From the NCBI RefSeq assembly GCF_009914755.1, contig NC_060925.1: a DNA stretch of 64,000 bases; one strand, 5' to 3'. Positions 1 through 12,500 of the stretch are shown piece by piece. The DNA comes from the human T2T-CHM13v2.0 reference genome, Homo sapiens. Under the pieces are notes generated by a model. That model ran no database searches, was not told the origin of the DNA, and saw only the letters and a list, made by a program, of their open reading frames with translations. The translations under genes and the position numbers were made by a program. Position 1 is the stretch's first letter, and each line of letters starts with the position of its first letter.

Positions 1-58
1 AGTTAGGAAACACTCTGTTTGTAAAGTCTGCAAGTGGATATTCAGACCTCCTTGAGGC

Positions 59-75
59 CTTCGTTGGAAACGGGA
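59..75 (+). promoter_or_regulatory. CENP-B box (first of ~189, one per ~340-bp dimer; last at 63981-63997)
   Basis: CTTCGTTGGAAACGGGA matches the consensus YTTCGTTGGAARCGGGA, with core NTTCGNNNNANNCGGGN intact. Repeats at ~398, 738, 1077 and onward. Confidence 0.97.
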
Positions 76-439
76 TTTCTTCATATTCTGCTAGACAGAA
101 GAATTCTCAGTAACTTCCTTGTGTTGTGTGTATTCAACTCACAGAGTTGAACGATCCTTTACACAGAGCAGACTTGAAACACTCTTTTTGTGGAATTTGC
201 AAGTGGAGATTTCAGCCGCTTTGAGGTCAATAGTAGAAAGGAAATATCTTCGTAGAAAAACTAGACAGAATGATTCTCAGAAACTCCTTTGTGATGTGTG
301 TGTTCAACTCACAGAGTTTAACCTTTCTTTTCATAGAGCAGTTAGTAAACACTCTGTTTATAAAGTCTGCAAGTGGATATTCAGACCCCTTTGAGGCCTT
401 CGTTGGAAACGGGATTTCTTCATATTATGCTAGACAGAA

Positions 440-2818
440 GAATTCTCAGTAACTTACTTGTGTTGTGTGTATTCAACTGACAGAGTTGAACTTTCATTTA
501 GAGAGAGCAGATTTGAAACACTGTTTTTGTGGAATTTGCAAGTGGAGATTTCAAGCGCTTTGGGGCCAAAGGCAGAAAAGGAAATATCTTCGTATAAAAA
601 CTAGACAGAATCATTCTCAGAAACTGCTGCGTGATGTGTGCGTTCAACTCTCAGAGTTTAACTTTTCTTTTCATTCAGCGGTTTGGAAACACTCTGTTTG
701 TAAAGTTTGCACGTGGATATTTTGACCACTTAGAGGCCTTCGTTGGAAACGGGTTTTTTTCATGTAAGGCTAGACAGAAGAATTCCCAGTAACTTCCTTG
801 TGTTGTGTGCATTCAACTCACAGAGTTGAACGTTCCCTTAGACAGAGCAGATTTGAAACAGCCTATTTGTGCAATTTGCAAGTGTAGATTTCAAGCGCTT
901 TAAGGTCAACGGCAGAAAAGGAAATATCTTCGTTTCAAAACTAGACAGAATCATTCCCACAAACTGCGTTGTGATGTGTTCGTTCAACTCACAGAGTTTA
1001 ACCTTTCTGTTCATAGAGGAGTTAGGAAACACTCTGTTTGTAAAGTCTGTAAGTGGATATTCTGACATCTTGTGGCCTTCGTTGGAAACGGGATTTCTTC
1101 ATATTCTGCTAGACAGAAGAATTCTCAGTAACTTCCTTGTGTTGTGTGTATTCAACTCACAGAGTTGAACGATCCTTTACACAGAGCAGACTTGAAACAC
1201 TCTTTTTGTGGAATTTGCAAGTGGAGATTTCAGCCGCTTTGAGGTCAATGGTAGAAAAGGAAACTATCTTCATATAAAGACTAGACAGAATGATTCTCAG
1301 AAAATCTTTTGTGATGTGTGCGTTCAACTCACAGAGTTTAACTTTTCTTCTCATAGAGCAGTTAGGAAACACTCTGTTTGTAAAGTCTGCAAGTGGATAT
1401 TCAGACCACTTTGAGGCCTTCGTTGGAAACGGGATTTCTTCATATTATGCTAGACAGAATAATTCTCAGTAACTTCCTTGTGTTGTGTGTATTCAACTCA
1501 CAGAGTTGAAGGATCCTTTACAGAGAGCAGGCTTGAAACACTCTTTTTGTCGAATTTGCAAGTGGAGATTTCAGCCGCTTTGAGGTCAATGGTAGAATAG
1601 GAAATATCTTCTTATAGAAACTAAACAGAATGATTCTCATAAACTCCTTTGTGATGTGTGCGTTCAACTCACAGAGTTTAACCTTTCTTTTCATAGAGCA
1701 GTTAGGAAACACTCTGTTTGTAAAGTCTGCAAGTGGATATTCAGACCTCCTTGAGGCCTTCGTTGGAAACGGGATTTCTTCATATTCTGCTAGACAGAAG
1801 AATTCTCAGTAACTTCATTGTGTTGTGTTTATTCAACTCACAGAGTTGAATGATCCTTTACACAGAGCAGACTTGAAACACTCTTTTTGTGGAATTTGCA
1901 AGTGGAGATTTCAGCCGCTTTGAGGTCAATGGTAGAAAAGTAAATATCTTCGTATAAAGACTAGACAGAATGATTCTCAGAAACTCCTTTGTGATGTGTG
2001 CGTTCAACTCACAGAGTTTAACCTTTCTGTTCATAGAGCAGTTAGGAAACACTCTGTTTGTAAAGTCTGCAAGTGGATATTCAGACCTCCTTGAGGCCTT
2101 CGTTGGAAACGGGATTTCTTCATATTCTGCTAGACAGAAGAATTCTTAGTAACTTCCTTGTGTTGTGTGTATTCAACTCAGAGTTGAACGATCCTTTACA
2201 CAGAGCAGACTTGAAACACTCTTTTTGTGGAATTTGCAAGTGGAGATTTCAGCCGCTTTGAGGTCAATGGTAGAATAGGAAATATCCTCCTATAGAAACT
2301 AGACAGAATGATTCTCAGAAACTCCTTTGTGATGTGTGCGTTCAACTCACAGAGTTTACCCTTTCTTTTCATAGAGCAGTTAGGAAACACTCTGTTTGTA
2401 AAGTCTGCAAGTGGATATTCAGACCTCTTTGAGGCCTTCGTTGGAAACGGGATTTCTTCCTATTCTGCTAGACAGAATAAATCTCAGTAACTTCCTTGTG
2501 TTGTGTGTATTCAACTCACAGAGTTGAACGATCCTTTACACAGAGCAGACTTGAAACACTCTTTTTGTGGAATTTGCAAGTGGAGATTTCAGCCGCTTTG
2601 AGGTCAATAGTAGAAAAGGAAATATCTTCGTAGAAAAACTAGACAGAATGATTCTCATAAACTCCTTTGTGATGTGTGTGTTCAACTCACAGAGTTTAAC
2701 CTTTCTTTTCATAGAGCAGTTAATAAACACTCTGTTTATAAAGTCTGCAAGTGGATATTCAGACCCCTTTGAGGCCTTCGTTGGAAACGGGATTTCTTCA
2801 TATTATGCTAGACAGAAG
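440..2818 (+). repeat. Representative modal 14-mer HOR unit (~2.38 kb): dimers A-B-C-D-E-F-G
   Basis: Diagnostic dimer marks are A ACTTTCATTTAGAGAG/GGGGCCAAAGG/CACGTG; B GTTCCCTTAGAC/ATTCCCACAAACTGCG; C GGAAACTATCTTCAT; D GAAGGATCC/GTCGAA; E GTGTTTATTC/AAAAGTAAAT; F AATAGGAAATATC..CCTATAG; G CAATAGTAG/TTAGTAAAC/GACCCCTTT. The next A dimer starts 2378 bp later. Confidence 0.9.
1246..1262 (+). promoter_or_regulatory. pJalpha-type (A-box) motif at the homologous position of the non-CENP-B monomer (example; one per dimer)
   Basis: CAATGGTAGAAAAGGAA follows GAGGT exactly where the CENP-B box follows GAGGC in the partner monomer. It resembles the pJalpha motif CTAYGGTGRAAAAGGAA of A-type monomers. 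Confidence 0.65.
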
Positions 2819-5800
2819 AATTCTCAGTAACTTCCTTGTGTTGTGTGTATTCAACTGACAGAGTTGAACTTTCATTTAGAGAGAGCAGATTTGAAACACT
2901 GTTTTTGTGGAATTTGCAAGTGGAGATTTCAAGCGCTTTGGGGCCAAAGGCAGAAAAGGAAATATCTTCGTATAAAAACTAGACAGAATCATTCTCAGAA
3001 ACTGCTGCGTGATGTGTGCGATCAACTCTCAGAGTTTAACTTTTCTTTTCATTCAGCGGTTTGGAAACACTCTGTTTGTAAAGTCTGCACGTGGATATTT
3101 TGACCACTTAGAGGCCTTCGTTGGAAACGGGTTTTCTTCATGTAAGGCTAGACAGAAGAATTCCCAGTAACTTCCTTGTGTTGTGTGCATTCAACTCACA
3201 GAGTTGAACGTTCCCTTAGACAGAGCAGATTTGAAACACTCTATTTGTGCAATTTGCAAGTGTAGATTTCAAGCGCTTTAAGGTCAATGGCAGAAAAGGA
3301 AATTTCTTCGTTTCAAAACTAGACAGAATCATTCCCACAAACTGCGTTGTGATGTGTTCGTTCAACTCACAGAGTTTAACCTTTCTGTTCATAGAGCAGT
3401 TAGGAAACACTCTGTTTGTAAAGTCTGCAAGTGGATATTCAGACCTCCTTGAGGCCTTCGTTGGAAACGGGATTTCTTCATATTCTGCTAGACAGAAGAA
3501 TTCTCAGTAACTTCCTTGTGTTGTGTGTATTCAACTCACAGAGTTGAACGATCCTTTACACAGAGCAGACTTGAAACACTCTTTTTGTGGAATTTGCAAG
3601 TGGAGATTTCAGCCGCTTTGAGGTCAATGGTAGAAAAGGAAATATCTTCGTATAAAGACTAGACAGAATGATTCTCATAAACTCCTTTGTGATGTGTGCG
3701 TTCAACTCACCTAGTTTAACTTTTCTTTTCATAGAGCAGTTAGGAAACACTCTGTTTGTAAAGTCTGCAAGTGGATATTCAGACCTCCTTGAGGCCTTCG
3801 TTGGAAACGGGATTTCTTCATATTCTGCTAGACAGAATAATTCTCAGTAACTTCCTTGTGTTGTGTGTATTCAACTCACAGAGTTGAACGATCCTTTACA
3901 CAGAGCAGACTTGAAACATTCTTTTTGTGGAATTTGCAAGTGGAGATTTCAGCCGCTTTGAGGTCAATGGTAGAATAGGAAATATCTTCCTATAGAAACT
4001 AGACAGAACGATTCTCAGAAACTCCTTTGTGATGTGTGCGTTCAACTCACAGAGTTTAACCTTTCTTTTCATAGAGCAGTTAGGAAACACTCTGTTTGTA
4101 AAGTCTGCAAGTGGATATTCAGACCTCTTTGAGGCCTTCGTTGGAAACGGGATTTCTTCCTATTCTGCTAGACAGAAGAATTCTCAGTAACTTCCTTGTG
4201 TTGTGTGTATTCAACTCACAGAGTTGAACGATCCTTTACACAGAGCAGACTTGAAACACTCTTTTTGTGGAATTTGCAAGTGGAGATTTCAGCCGCTTTG
4301 AGGTCAATAGTAGAAAAGGAAATATCTTCGTAGAAAAACTAGACAGAATGATTCTCAGAAACTCCTTTGTGATGTGTGTGTTCAACTCACAGAGTTTAAC
4401 CTTTCTTTTCATAGAGCAGTTAGGAAACACTCTGTTTGTAAAGTCTGCAAGTGGATATTCAGACCTCTTTGAGGCCTTCGTTAGAAACGGGATTTCTTCA
4501 TATTCTGCTAGACAGAAGAATTCTCAGTAACTTCCTTGTGTTGTGTTTATTCAACTCACAGAGTTGAATGATCCTTTACACAGAGCAGACTTGAAACACT
4601 CTTTTTGTGGAATTTGCAAGTGGAGATTTCAGCCGCTTTGAGGTCAATGGTAGAATAGGAAATATCTTCCTATAGAAACTAGACAGAATGATTCTCAGAA
4701 ACTCCTTTGTGATGTGTGCGTTCAACTCACAGAGTTTAACCTTTCTTTTCATAGAGCAGTTAGGAAACACTCTGTTTGTAAAGTCTGCAAGTGGATATTC
4801 AGACCTCTTTGAGGCCTTCGTTGGAAACGGGTTTTCTTCATATTCTGCTAGACAGAAGAATTCTCAGTAACTTCCTTGTGTTGTGTGTATTCAACTCACA
4901 GAGTTGAACGATCCTTTACACAGAGCAGTCTTGAAACACTCTTTTTGTGGAATTTGCAAGTGGAGATTTCAGCCGCTTTGAGGTCAATAGAAGAAAAGGA
5001 AATATCTTCGTACAAAAACTAGGCAGAATGATTCTCAGAAACTCCTTTGTGATGTGTGTGTTCAACTCACAGAGTTTAACGTTTCTTTTCATAGAGCAGT
5101 TAGTAAACACTCAGTTTATAAAGTCTGCAAGTGGATATTCAGACCCCTTTGAGGCCTTCGTTGGAAACGGGATTTCTTCATATTATGCTACACAGAAGAA
5201 TTCTCAGTAACTTCCTTGTGTTGTGTGTATTCAACTGACAGAGTTGAACTTTCATTTAGAGAGAGCAGATTTGAAACACTGTTTTTGTGGAATTTGCAAG
5301 TGGAGATTTCAAGCGCTTTGGGGCCAAAGGCAGAAAAGGAAATATCTTCGTATAAAAACTAGACAGAATCATTCTCAGAAACTGCTGCGTGATGTGTGCG
5401 TTCAACACTCAGAGTTTAACTTTTCTTTTCATTCAGCGGTTTGGAAACACTCTGTTTGTAAAGTCTGAACGTGCATATTTTGACCACTTAGAGGCCTTCG
5501 TTGGAAACGGGTTTTTTTCATGTAAGGCTAGACAGAAGAATTCCCAGTAACTTCCTTGTGTTGTGTGCATTCAACTCACAGAGTTGAACGTTCCCTTAGA
5601 CAGAGCAGATTTGAAACACTCTATTTGTACAATTTGCAAGTGTAGATTTCAAGCGCTTTAAGGTCAACGGCAGAAAAGGAAATATCTTCGTTTCAAAACT
5701 AGACAGAATCATTCCCACAAACTGCGTTGTGATGTGTTCGTTCAACTCACAGAGTTTAACCTTTCTGTTCATAGAGCAGTTAGGAAACACTCTGTTTGTA

Positions 5801-8800
5801 AAGTCTGTAAGTGGATATTCTGACATCTTGTGGCCTTCGTTGGAAACGGGATTTCTTCATATTCTGCTAGACAGAAGAATTCTCAGTAACTTCCTTGTGT
5901 TGTGTGTATTCAACTCACAGAGTTGAACGATCCTTCACCCAGAGCAGACTTGAAACACTCTTTTTGTGGAATTTGCAAGTGGAGATTTCAGCCGCTTTGA
6001 GGTCAATGGTAGAAAAGGAAACTATCTTCATATAAAGACTAGACAGAATGATTCTCAGAAAATCTTTTGTGATGTGTGCGTTCAACTCACAGAGTTTAAC
6101 TTTTCTTCTCATAGAGCAGTTAGGAAACACTCTGTTTGTAAAGTCTGCAAGTGGATATTCAGACCTCTTTGAGGCCTTCGTTGGAAACGGGATTTCTTCA
6201 TATTATGCTAGACAGAATAATTCTCAGTAACTTCCTTGTGTTGTGTGTATTCAACTCACCGAGTTGAAGGATCCTTTACAGAGAGCAGGCTTGAAACACT
6301 CTTTTTGTCGAATTTGCAAGTGGAGATTTCAGCCGCTTTGAGGTCAATGGTAGAATAGGAAATATCTTCTTATAGAAACTAGACAGAATGATTCTCATAA
6401 ACTCCTTTGTGATGTGTGCGTTCAACTCACAGAGTTTAACCTTTCTTTTCATAGAGCAGTTAGGAAACACTCTATTTGTAAAGTCTGCAAGTGGATATTC
6501 AGACCTCCTTGAGGCCTTCGTTGGAAACGGGATTTCTTCATATTCTGCTAGACAGAAGAATTCTCAGTAACTTCCTTGTGTTGTGTTTATTCAACTCACA
6601 GAGTTGAATGATCCTTTACACAGAGCAGACTTGAAACACTCTTTTTGTGGAATTTGCAAGTGGAGATTTCAGCCGCTTTGAGGTCAATGGTAGAATAGAT
6701 AATATCTTCCTATAGAAACTAGACAGAATGATTCTCAGAAACTCCTTTGTGATGTGTGCGTTCAACTCACAGAGTTTAACCTTTCTTTTCATAGAGCAGT
6801 TAGGAAACACTCTGTTTGTAAAGTCTGCAAGTGGATATTCAGACCTCTTTGAGGCCTTCGTTGGAAACGGGTTTTCTTCATATTCTGCTAGACAGAAGAA
6901 TTCTCAGTAACTTCCTTGTGTTGTGTGTATTCAACTCACAGAGTTGAACGATCCTTTACACAGAGCAGTCTTGAAACACTCTTTTTGTGGAATTTGCAAG
7001 TGGAGATTTCAGCCGCTTTGAGGTCAATAGTAGAAAAGGAAATATCTTCGTAGAAAAACTAGGCAGAATGATTCTCAGAAACTCCTTTGTGATGTGTGTG
7101 TTCAACTCACAGAGTTTAACCTTTCTTTTCATAGAGCAGTTAGTAAACACTCTGTTTATAAAGTCTGCAAGTGGATATTCAGACCCCTTTGAGGCCTTCG
7201 TTGGAAACGGGATTTCTTCATATTATGCTACACAGAAGAATTCTCAGTAACTTCCTTGTGTTGTGTGTATTCAACTGACAGAGTTGAACTTTCATTTAGA
7301 GAGAGCAGATTTGAAACACTGTTTTTGTGGAATTTGCAAGTGGAGATTTCAAGCGCTTTGGGGCCAAGGGCAGAAAAGGAAATATCTTCGTATAAAAACT
7401 AGACAGAATCATTCTCAGAAACTGCTGCGTGATGTGTGCGTTCAACTCTCAGAGTTTAACTTTTCTTTTCATTCAGCGGTTTGAAAACACTCTGTTTGTA
7501 AAGTCTGCACGTGGATATTTTGACCACTTAGAGGCCTTCGTTGGAAACGGGTTTTTTTTCATGTAAGGCTAGACAGAAGAATTCCCAGTAACTTCCTTGT
7601 GTTGTGTGCATTCAACTCACAGAGTTGAACGTTCCCTTAGACAGAGCAGATTTGAAACACTCTATTTGTGCAATTTGCAAGTGTAGATTTCAAGCGCTTT
7701 AAGGTCAACGGCAGAAAAGGAAATATCTTCGTTTCAAAACTAGACAGAATCATTCCCACAAACTGCGTTGTGATGTGTTCGTTCAACTCACAGAGTTTAA
7801 CCTTTCTGTTCATAGAGCAGTTAGGAAACACTCTGTTTGTAAAGTCTGTAAGTGGATATTCTGACATCTTGTGGCCTTCGTTGGAAACGGGATTTCTTCA
7901 TATTCTGCTAGACAGAAGAATTCTCAGTAACTTCCTTGTGTTGTGTGTATTCAACTCACAGAGTTGAACGATCCTTTACACAGAGCAGACTTGAAACACT
8001 CTTTTTGTGGAATTTGCAAGTGGAGATTTCAGCCGCTTTGAGGTCAATGGTAGAAAAGGAAACTATCTTCATATAAAGACTAGACAGAATGATTCTCAGA
8101 AAATCTTTTGTGATGTGTGCGTTCAACTCACAGAGTTTAACTTTTCTTCTCATAGAGCAGTTAGGAAACACTCTGTTTGTAAAGTCTGCAAGTGGATATT
8201 CAGACCTCTTTGAGGCCTTCGTTGGAAACGGGATTTCTTCATATTATGCTAGACAGAATAATTCTCAGTAACTTCCTTGTGTTGTGTGTATTCAACTCAC
8301 CGAGTTGAAGGATCCTTTACAGAGAGCAGGCTTGAAACACTCTTTTTGTCGAATTTGCAAGTGGAGATTTCAGCCGCTTTGAGGTCAATGGTAGAATAGG
8401 AAATATCTTCTTATAGAAACTAGACAGAATGATTCTCATAAACTCCTTTGTGATGTGTGCGTTCAACTCACAGAGTTTAACCTTTCTTTTCATAGAGCAG
8501 TTAGGAAACACTCTGTTTGTAAAGTCTGCAAGTGGATATTCAGACCTCCTTGAGGCCTTCGTTGGAAAAGGGATTTCTTCATATTCTGCTAGACAGAAGA
8601 ATTCTCAGTAACTTCCTTGTGTTGTGTTTATTCAACTCACAGAGTTCAATGATCCTTTACAGAGAGCAGACTTGAAACACTCTTTTTGTGGAATTTGCAA
8701 GTGGAGATTTCAGCCGCTTTGAGGTCAATGGTAGAAAAGGAAACTATCTTCATATAAAGACTAGACAGAATGATTCTCAGAAAATCTTTTGTGATGTGTG

Positions 8801-9599
8801 CGTTCAACTCACAGAGTTTAACTTTTCTTCTCATAGAGCAGTTAGGAAACACTCTGTTTGTAAAGTCTGCAAGTGGATATTCAGACCTCTTTGAGGCCTT
8901 CGTTGGAAACGGGATTTCTTCATATTATGCTAGACAGAATAATTCTCAGTATCTTCCTTGTGTTGTGTGTATTCAACTCACAGAGTTGAAGGATCCTTTA
9001 CAGAGAGCAGGCTTGAAACACTCATTTTGTCGAATTTGCAAGTGGAGATTTCAGCCGCTTTGAGGTCAATGGTAGAATAGGAAATATCTTCTTATAGAAA
9101 CTAGACAGAATGATTCTCATAAACTCCTTTGTGATGTGTGCGTTCAACTCACAGAGTTTAACCTTTCTTTTCATAGAGCAGTTAGGAAACACTCTGTTTG
9201 TAAAGTCTGCAAGTGGATATTCAGACCTCCTTGAGGCCTTCGTTGGAAACGGGATTTCTTCATATTCTGCTAGACAGAAGAATTCTCAGTAACTTCCTTG
9301 TGTTGTGTATATTCAACTCACAGAGTTGTATGATCCTTTACACAGAGCAGACTTGAAACACTCTTTTTGTGTAATTTGCAAGTGGAGATTTCAGCCGCTT
9401 TGAGGTCAATGGTAGAAAAGTAAATATCTTCGTATAAAGACTAGACAGAATGATTCTCAGAAACTCCTTTGTGGTGTGTGCGTTCAACTCACAGAGTTTA
9501 ACCTTTCTGTTCATAGAGCAGTTAGGAAACACTCTGTTTGTAAAGTCTGCAAGTGGATATTCAGACCTCCTTGAGGCCTTCGTTGGAAACGGGATTTCT

Positions 9600-12500
9600 T
9601 CATATTCTGCTAGACAGAAGAATTCTCAGTAACTTCCTTGTGTTGTGTGTATTCAACTCACAGAGTTGAACGATCCTTTACACAGAGCAGACTTGAAACA
9701 CTCTTTTAGTGGAATTTGCAAGTGGATTTCAGCCGCTTTGAGGTCAATGGTAGAATAGGAAATATCTTCCTATAGAAACTAGACAGAATGATTCTCAGAA
9801 ACTCCTTTGTGATGTGTGCGTTCAACTCACAGAGTTTAACCTTTCTTTTCATAGAGCAGTTAGGAAACACTCTGTTTGTAAAGTCTGCAAGTGGATATTC
9901 AGACCTCTTTGAGGCCTTCGTTGGAAACGGGATTTCTTCATATTCTGCTAGACAGAAGAATTCTCAGTAACTTCCTTGTGTTGTGTGTATTCAACTCACA
10001 GAGTTGAACGATCCTTTACACAGAGCAGACTTGAAACACTCTTTTTGTGGAATTTGCAAGTGGAGATTTCAGCCGCTTTGAGGTCAATAGTAGAAAAGGA
10101 AATATCTTCGTAGAAAAACTAGGCAGAATGATTCTCAGAAACTCCTTTGTGATGTGTGTGTTCAACTCACAGAGTTTAACCTTTCTTTTCATAGAGCAGT
10201 TAGTAAACACTCTGTTTATAAAGTCTGCAAGTGGATATTCAGACCCCTTTGAGGCCTTCGTTGGAAACGGGATTTCTTCATATTATGCTAGACAGAAGAA
10301 TTCTCAGTAACTTCCTTGTGTTGTGTGTATTCAACTGACAGAGTTGAACTTTCATTTAGAGAGAGCAGATTTGAAACACTCTATTTGTGCAATTTGCAAG
10401 TGTAGATTTCAAGCGCTTTAAGGTCAATGGCAGAAAAGGAAATATCTTCGTTTTAAAACTAGACAGAATCATTCCCACAAACTGCGTTGTGATGTGTTCG
10501 TTCAACTCACAGAGTTTAACCTTTCTGTTCATAGAGCAGTTAGGAAACACTCTGTTTGTAAAGTCTGTAAGTGGATATTCTGACATCTTGTGGCCTTCGT
10601 TGGAAACGGGATTTCTTCATATTCTGCTAGACAGAAGAATTCTCAGTAACTTCCTTGTGTTGTGTGTATTCAACTCACAGAGTTGAACGATCCTTTACAC
10701 AGAGCAGACTTGAAACACTCTTTTTGTGGAATTTGCAAGTGGAGATTTCAGCCGCTTTGAGGTCAATGGTAGAAAAGGAAACTATCTTCATATAAAGACT
10801 AGACAGAATGATTCTCATAAACTCCTTTGTGATGTGTGCGTTCAACTCACAAAGTTTAACTTTTCTTTTCATAGAGCAGTTAGGAAACACTCTGTTTGTA
10901 AAGTCTGCAAGTGGATATTCAGACCTCTTTGAGGCCTTCGTTGGAAACGGGATTTCTTCATATTATGCTAGACAGAATAATTCTCAGTAACTTCCTTGTG
11001 TTGTGTGTATTCAACTCACAGAGTTGAACGATCCTTTACACAGAGCAGACTTGAAACATTCTTTTTGTGGAATTTGCAACTGGAGATTTCAGCCGCTTTG
11101 AGGTCAATGGTAGAATAGGAAATATCTTCATATAGAAACTAGACAGAACGATTCTCAGAAACTCCTTTGTGATGTGTGCGTTCAACTCACAGAGTTTAAC
11201 TTTTCTTTTCATAGAGCCGTTAGGAAACACTCTGTTTGTAAAGTCTGCAAGTGGATATTCAGACCTCTTTGAGGCCTTCGTTAGAAACGGGATTTCTTCC
11301 TATTCTGCTAGACAGAAGAATTCTCAGTAACTTCCTTGTGTTGTGTGTATTCAACTCACAGAGTTGAACGATCCTTTACACAGAGCAGACTTGAAACACT
11401 CTTTTTGTGGAATTTGCAAGTGGAGATTTCAGCCGCTTTGAGGTCAATAGTAGAAAAGGAAATATCTTCGTAGAAAAACTAGACAGAATGATTCTCAGAA
11501 ACTCCTTTGTGATGTGTGTGTTCAACTCACAGAGTTTAACCTTTCTTTTCATAGAGCAGTTAGTAAACACTCTGTTTATAAAGTCTGCAAGTGGATATTC
11601 AGACCCCTTTGAGGCCTTCGTTGGAAACGGGATTTCTTCATATTATGCTAGACAGAAGAATTCTCAGTAACTTCCTTGTGTTGTGTGTATTCAACTGACA
11701 GAGTTGAACTTTCATTTAGAGAGAGCAGATTTGAAACACTGTTTTTGTGGAATTTGCAAGTGGAGATTTCAAGCGCTTTGGGGCCAAAGGCAGAAAAGGA
11801 AATATCTTCGTATAAAAACTAGACAGAATCATTCTCAGAAACTGCTGCGTGATGTGGGCGTTCAACTCTCAGAGTTTAACTTTTCTTTTCATTCAGCGGT
11901 TTGGAAACACTCTGTTTGTAAAGTCTGCACGTGGATATTTTGACCACTTAGAGGCCTTCGTTGGAAACGGGTTTTTTTCATGTAAGGCTAGACAGAAGAA
12001 TTCCCAGTAACTTCCTTGTGTTGTGTGCATTCAACTCACAGAGTTGAACGTTCCCTTAGACAGAGCAGATTTGAAACACTCTATTTGTGCAATTTGCAAG
12101 TGTAGATTTCAAGCGCTTTAAGGTCAACGGCAGAAAAGGAAATATCTTCGTTTCAAAACTAGACAGAATCATTCCCACAAACTGCGTTGTGATGTGTTCG
12201 TTCAACTCACAGAGTTTTACCTTTCTGTTCATAGAGCAGTTAGGAAACACTCTGTTTGTAAAGTCTGCAAGTGGATATTCAGACCTCCTAGAGGCCTTCG
12301 TTGGAAACGGGATTTCTTCATATTCTGCTAGACAGAAGAATTCTCAGTAACTTCCTTGTGTTGTGTGTATTCAACTCACAGAGTTGAACGATCCTTTACA
12401 CAGAGCAGACTTGAAACACTCTTTTTGTGGAATTTGCAAGTGGAGATTTCAGCCGCTTTGAGGTCAATGGTAGAAAAGGAAATATCTTCGTATAAAGACT

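Noticed and set aside
710-715. E-box CACGTG once per HOR in dimer A
   Set aside because: It is a single substitution from CAAGTG that was amplified with the repeat and is lost in one copy (~5469). There is no evidence of function, though it is useful as a PmlI marker.
738-760. GGG followed by a T7-8 tract, resembling an intrinsic or Pol III terminator
   Set aside because: It is the A-dimer variant of the sequence following the CENP-B box. There is no GC-rich hairpin or upstream transcription unit.
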